Shown piece by piece: positions 57,266-64,000 of a stretch of 64,000 nt of DNA (positions are counted from its first letter, which is position 1; each line of letters starts with the position of its first letter). The notes below the pieces were generated by a model, which worked only from the letters and a program-made list of their open reading frames with translations, did no database searches and was not told the origin of the DNA. The translations under genes were made by a program, and so were the position numbers. This stretch comes from Erysipelotrichaceae bacterium (GTDB taxonomy: Bacteria > Bacillota_I > Bacilli_A > Erysipelotrichales > Erysipelotrichaceae): NCBI GenBank assembly GCA_030528645.1, contig JAUMYM010000003.1, positions 41,521 to 105,520 on the forward strand. Reading direction: 5' to 3'.

Positions 57266-58285
57266 GTGTTAACGAAACGACGTTTAGAGATCTTCAAGTG
57301 TATTGTTGATGAATTTATTCAAACGGCAGAACCTGTTGGCTCAAAAACGATTATGGAAAAGTATAACTTGCCATATTCAAGTGCGACCATTCGAAATGAC
57401 ATGATGTATTTAGAAGATATTGGATATTTAGAAAAGACGCATACTTCAAGTGGACGTGTACCCTCAACAAAAGGGTATCGATTCTATGTGGAACATTTAA
57501 TGCAGACCCATATTGATGAGCGTGTTGAATATGCGGTAGCAAATATCTTTGATCGTAAATCAAATATAGATGAAGCAATAAAAGAGAGTTGTGAAATCTT
57601 ATCGCAAATGACCAATCTTGCAAGTGGAGTGTTAGGACCGGATGCTTCCAATCAATTATTGGAGCATATTAAACTCTTTCCACTAGATAGCAAAAAAGCT
57701 GTGTGTGTGTTTATCACAGATTGTGGACATACGGAAAATCGAACATTTGATTTTCATACCGAAGTTTCTTTGGAAGATATACAAAGTTGTTGTGAAATAT
57801 TAAATGATCGTTTGAAAGGTACAAGAATTATAGACTTAGTGGATAAGATGCAATCTTTAAAACCGATTTTAGCACAGAGTGTAAAACGTCATGAAGTCTT
57901 ATTTAATGCCTTTTTAAAAGCATTTATCAAATTTGCAAGTGACAATGTATATTTTGCAGGAACAAACAATATGTTGTATCAACCAGAGTTTTCAGATATT
58001 GAAAAACTAAGAAGTTTAATGAAAATGTTGGGTGATAGTTCTCTTTGGAGAAAAATTGACAGTCCTTCTAATGAGCTTATGATTAAAACAAGTTCAGGAT
58101 CTTCGTTAGTATGGATGGATGATGTTGCTGTAGTAACAAGTCGCTTTCGATTAAATGATGCAGAAGAAGGAAAACTTATGGTAGTTGGTCCATCGCGAAT
58201 GGATTATGATCGTATTGTGGGCTTACTAGAATATATTTCAGATTCAATTGAACGATTATATAGAAATGGAGCAAAAGATGACTGA
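57266..58285 (+). CDS. hrcA: Heat-inducible transcription repressor HrcA (GTG start)
   Basis: A 339-aa protein at the conserved first position of the hrcA-grpE-dnaK-dnaJ operon. Its N-terminal winged HTH is conserved. Confidence 0.9.
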   Translation: MLTKRRLEIFKCIVDEFIQTAEPVGSKTIMEKYNLPYSSATIRNDMMYLEDIGYLEKTHTSSGRVPSTKGYRFYVEHLMQTHIDERVEYAVANIFDRKSNIDEAIKESCEILSQMTNLASGVLGPDASNQLLEHIKLFPLDSKKAVCVFITDCGHTENRTFDFHTEVSLEDIQSCCEILNDRLKGTRIIDLVDKMQSLKPILAQSVKRHEVLFNAFLKAFIKFASDNVYFAGTNNMLYQPEFSDIEKLRSLMKMLGDSSLWRKIDSPSNELMIKTSSGSSLVWMDDVAVVTSRFRLNDAEEGKLMVVGPSRMDYDRIVGLLEYISDSIERLYRNGAKDD

Positions 58286-58841
58286 GGTAAAAAAAGAAGT
58301 ACTTGAAGAAGTAAAGGAGGAGACGTGTTGTACGAATCAAGAGACAACATGTAAATGTGAACATCAACAAGAAACCATCGATCCTCAAGAAGAATTGATA
58401 AACAGGATTGAGGCTTTACAAAAAGAAAATGATAAATTAAAGAATGATTATGCAAAAGCGTATGCGGATACGGAAAACACACGCAAACGACTGATGAGTG
58501 ATTTTGAATTAAATAAGAAATATCGCATTCAAAGCTTTGCATTGGATATTTTACCGGTAATCGATAATTTGGAGCGTTCATTAAAAGGACCACATGAAAA
58601 TGTCGATGAAAATTATATAAAAGGTATTGAAATGATTTATCATCAATTGATTCATGCCTTAAATAAAGAAGGTGTAGAAGAAGTTGATACAAGTGGTGAA
58701 TTTGATGCAAACTTTCATCAAGCATTAATGGTTGAAAAAGTGGAAGGAGTACCTTCCAACCAAGTGATTGAAGTATTGCAAAAAGGATATAAGTTAAAAG
58801 ATCGTATATTACGTGCCGCAATGGTAAAAGTAAGCGAATAG
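58278..58841 (+). CDS. grpE: Nucleotide exchange factor GrpE
   Basis: GGAG ribosome-binding site 6 nt upstream. The start overlaps the hrcA stop. The GrpE C-terminal beta-domain is conserved (..LKDRILRAAMVKV). Confidence 0.9.
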   Translation: MTEVKKEVLEEVKEETCCTNQETTCKCEHQQETIDPQEELINRIEALQKENDKLKNDYAKAYADTENTRKRLMSDFELNKKYRIQSFALDILPVIDNLERSLKGPHENVDENYIKGIEMIYHQLIHALNKEGVEEVDTSGEFDANFHQALMVEKVEGVPSNQVIEVLQKGYKLKDRILRAAMVKVSE

Positions 58842-61881
<3,040 letters not shown>

Positions 61882-61882
61882 T

Positions 61883-63007
61883 TTGATGGCAGATAAAAGA
61901 GATTATTATGAAATATTAGGATTAAGTAAGTCGGCAAGTGATCAAGAAATTAAAAAGGCTTATCGACAATTAGCTAAAAAATATCATCCTGATGTAAATA
62001 AAGAACCTGGTGCAGAAGCAAAATTTAAAGAAATTAATGAAGCTTATGAAGTACTAAGTGATCCAACAAAAAAGGCAAATTATGATCAATTTGGTCATGC
62101 TGCTAATGATCCTAATTTTGGAGGTTTTGGTGGCTTTAATCAAGCTGACTTTGGTGATTTTTCAGATATTTTTGGTTCCTTCTTTGGTGGTGGTTTCTCT
62201 TCAGGAGCTTCTAGAAATAGCAATGGACCAAGACGAGGGCAAGATCGCTATATGCAGATGAAGGTTACTTTTAATGAAGCGGTCTTTGGTGTAAATAAAA
62301 CCATTAAACTGGATATTGATGAAGTCTGTGATGATTGTCATGGAAGCGGTGCTTATTCGAAAGATGACATTAAAGTGTGTGATCAATGTAAAGGAACGGG
62401 TCGTGTTGTTACGCAACAAAGAACACCATTTGGAGTGTTCCAAAGTCAAAGTGTATGTTCAACATGTAATGGAACAGGGAAAAAGATTACACGCAAATGT
62501 AAGAAGTGTCATGGAGAGGGATCCATTCATAAGCACATTGATGTAGAAGTAAAAATTCCGGCAGGTGTAGATACAGGGCAACAATTACGTATATCAGGTA
62601 AAGGATATAAAGGAAGCAATGGTGGACCAAATGGAGACTTATACATTGAAATTATCGTTGCTAGACATGAGCATTTTATGCGAGATGGAAAAAATATCTT
62701 TATCAAGATTCCTATTTCCGCTATTGATGCTGCACTTGGTACAAGCATTGATATTCCAACGGTTCATGGGGAAGTTACATTGCAAATTCCTGCAGGAACA
62801 CAACCAAATCAACAATTCCGTTTAAAAAATAAAGGAATCAAAGATTTACGTAGTTCAACTATGGGTGATCAATATGTAGAAGTATTGGTGGAAATACCAA
62901 CTAAGTTATCAAAAAGTGAAAAAGAACTTTATGAGAAATTAAAAGCAGAAACGAAAAAAGAAGGTCGTGAATCTGTTTTTGAAAAATTTAAAAAAGCATT
63001 TAAGTAA
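61883..63007 (+). CDS. dnaJ: Chaperone protein DnaJ
   Basis: A J domain (YHPDVNK), a G/F-rich region and four CxxCxGxG zinc-finger repeats. Confidence 0.95.
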   Translation: MMADKRDYYEILGLSKSASDQEIKKAYRQLAKKYHPDVNKEPGAEAKFKEINEAYEVLSDPTKKANYDQFGHAANDPNFGGFGGFNQADFGDFSDIFGSFFGGGFSSGASRNSNGPRRGQDRYMQMKVTFNEAVFGVNKTIKLDIDEVCDDCHGSGAYSKDDIKVCDQCKGTGRVVTQQRTPFGVFQSQSVCSTCNGTGKKITRKCKKCHGEGSIHKHIDVEVKIPAGVDTGQQLRISGKGYKGSNGGPNGDLYIEIIVARHEHFMRDGKNIFIKIPISAIDAALGTSIDIPTVHGEVTLQIPAGTQPNQQFRLKNKGIKDLRSSTMGDQYVEVLVEIPTKLSKSEKELYEKLKAETKKEGRESVFEKFKKAFK

Positions 63008-63040
63008 GAGAGTCATCTCTTACTTAAAAAAGCAATCACA

Positions 63041-63067
63041 TTAGCACTCAATGTATTAAAGTGCTAA
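63041..63067 (+). promoter_or_regulatory. CIRCE operator (TTAGCACTC-N9-AAGTGCTAA) immediately upstream of the clpB ribosome-binding site
   Basis: It matches the consensus at 17 of 18 positions with a 9-nt spacer. It is followed by AAGGAGG and then the ATG at 63078. Confidence 0.8.
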
Positions 63068-63077
63068 AGGAGGTATT

Positions 63078-64000
63078 ATGAATATAGAAAAAATGACCGA
63101 TCGTCTTAAAGAAATTATTTATCAAGCTGCCAATTATGCAAAAGAATGTAAACATCCAACCATTAATAGTCAACATATCTTAAAATTCTTATTGGAAGAT
63201 GATTATATTGTTACTTTATTTCATGAATTACATATAGATATACAGGTAGCTAGAAATCTTAATGAAGGGTATTTAAAATCACTTCCAACAGTAGATCAAA
63301 GTGATTTAAAACTTGACCAGGATATAAATGCTGTGTATCAGACAGCTTTAAAGATGCAACAAGAAAACCAAGATCAATATTTAAGTTCTATTTCTATGTT
63401 TCTTGCAATTATATTTAGCAATCATCCAACGTGTAAAGAAATTGTACAGAAATTAAATTTATCAAAACATCAATTACAACAATTAGATTATGAAAAAAAA
63501 GGTGGTGAAAAAATGAATACTCCAAATAGTGAAAATCAAATCGATGCATTAAATAAATATGGTAGAGATTTAGTAAAAGATGTCAGTGATGGTAAAATTG
63601 ATCCGGTAATCGGTAGAGATGAAGAAATTCGTCGTATTATTGAAATTTTATCACGTAAAACAAAAAATAATCCTGTTTTAATTGGTGAACCGGGTGTTGG
63701 GAAAACAGCAATTGTGGAAGGATTAGCATGGCGTATCTTTAATAAAGATGTGCCCAGTGGTTTAAAGAATAAAAAATTAATTGAATTAGATATGGGATCA
63801 TTAATTGCTGGTGCTAAGTATCGTGGTGAATATGAAGAACGTCTAAAAGCGGTTTTAAATGAAGTTAAAAAAGCAAGTGGTAATATTATTTTATTTATTG
63901 ATGAAATTCATAATTTAGTAGGTGCCGGTAAAAGTGAAGGTTCTATGGATGCGGCGAATTTATTAAAACCAATGTTAGCTCGTGGAGAACTAAAATGTAT
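63078..64000 (+). CDS. clpB: ATP-dependent chaperone ClpB (5' partial, truncated by the window end)
   Basis: A Clp N-domain, then the first AAA+ module ([15 protein letters not shown]) and the ClpB-typical ..LNKYGRDL.. motif. Confidence 0.8.
   Translation, partial: MNIEKMTDRLKEIIYQAANYAKECKHPTINSQHILKFLLEDDYIVTLFHELHIDIQVARNLNEGYLKSLPTVDQSDLKLDQDINAVYQTALKMQQENQDQYLSSISMFLAIIFSNHPTCKEIVQKLNLSKHQLQQLDYEKKGGEKMNTPNSENQIDALNKYGRDLVKDVSDGKIDPVIGRDEEIRRIIEILSRKTKNNPVLIGEPGVGKTAIVEGLAWRIFNKDVPSGLKNKKLIELDMGSLIAGAKYRGEYEERLKAVLNEVKKASGNIILFIDEIHNLVGAGKSEGSMDAANLLKPMLARGELKC

Noticed and set aside
58204-58821. A 205-aa antisense ORF overlapping hrcA and grpE
   Set aside because: It is antisense to two highly conserved genes. 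Its Leu/His-rich composition is typical of reverse-strand shadows of AT-rich coding DNA.
63003-63024. A perfect 9-bp hairpin (agtaagaga-gtca-tctcttact) right after the dnaJ stop
   Set aside because: It is followed by an A-run rather than a U-run on the + strand, so it does not qualify as a canonical intrinsic terminator. It may be an mRNA-stabilising stem or a weak terminator, so it was not listed as a feature.

Overview
This is a 64 kb stretch of a low-GC (about 32%) Bacillota-type chromosome, perhaps Erysipelotrichia or a related AT-rich lineage; the taxon cannot be fixed from sequence alone. Most of it is core housekeeping in conserved Firmicute synteny: rpsO; pnp-trmB; polA-mutM-coaE; dnaB-like/dnaI; pfkA-pyk; rnj and def on the minus strand; ftsW/rodA-rsmD-coaD; tex; pyrR; the PFOR gene nifJ; hrcA-grpE-dnaK-dnaJ; and the start of clpB. 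Three parts look accessory or unusual.

(1) A roughly 15 kb block sits between rpsO and pnp, which are normally adjacent. It carries a TetR regulator, a MacB/FtsX-type ABC exporter whose 1,100-aa permease contains a roughly 320-aa coiled-coil ectodomain, and two tandem paralogous surface adhesins of about 1,550 aa. Each adhesin has a signal peptide, Cna-B repeats and an IPKTG sorting signal, and the two share an almost identical 2.42 kb 3' block.

(2) A cell-envelope glycosylation cluster: a UPF0104 flippase-like protein, a GT4 glycolipid synthase apparently fused in frame to a full RecX-like domain, the exoribonuclease gene yhaM, a YfhO-family protein and a second polytopic membrane protein. 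A convergent stand-alone PASTA-repeat membrane protein lies next to it.

(3) An anaerobic redox cluster: a YjjI-family glycyl-radical enzyme (RVTGY motif) with its radical-SAM activase, a cytochrome-b5-like lipoprotein, an iron alcohol dehydrogenase, and an FMN-bind/FAD flavocytochrome reductase lipoprotein.

Regulatory signals read directly from the sequence are two CIRCE operators with a sigma-A-like promoter upstream of hrcA, a third CIRCE directly upstream of clpB, and many rho-independent terminators. A CE4 polysaccharide-deacetylase lipoprotein gene is embedded between dnaK and dnaJ. No tRNA, rRNA, CRISPR array or mobile-element gene was recognised.
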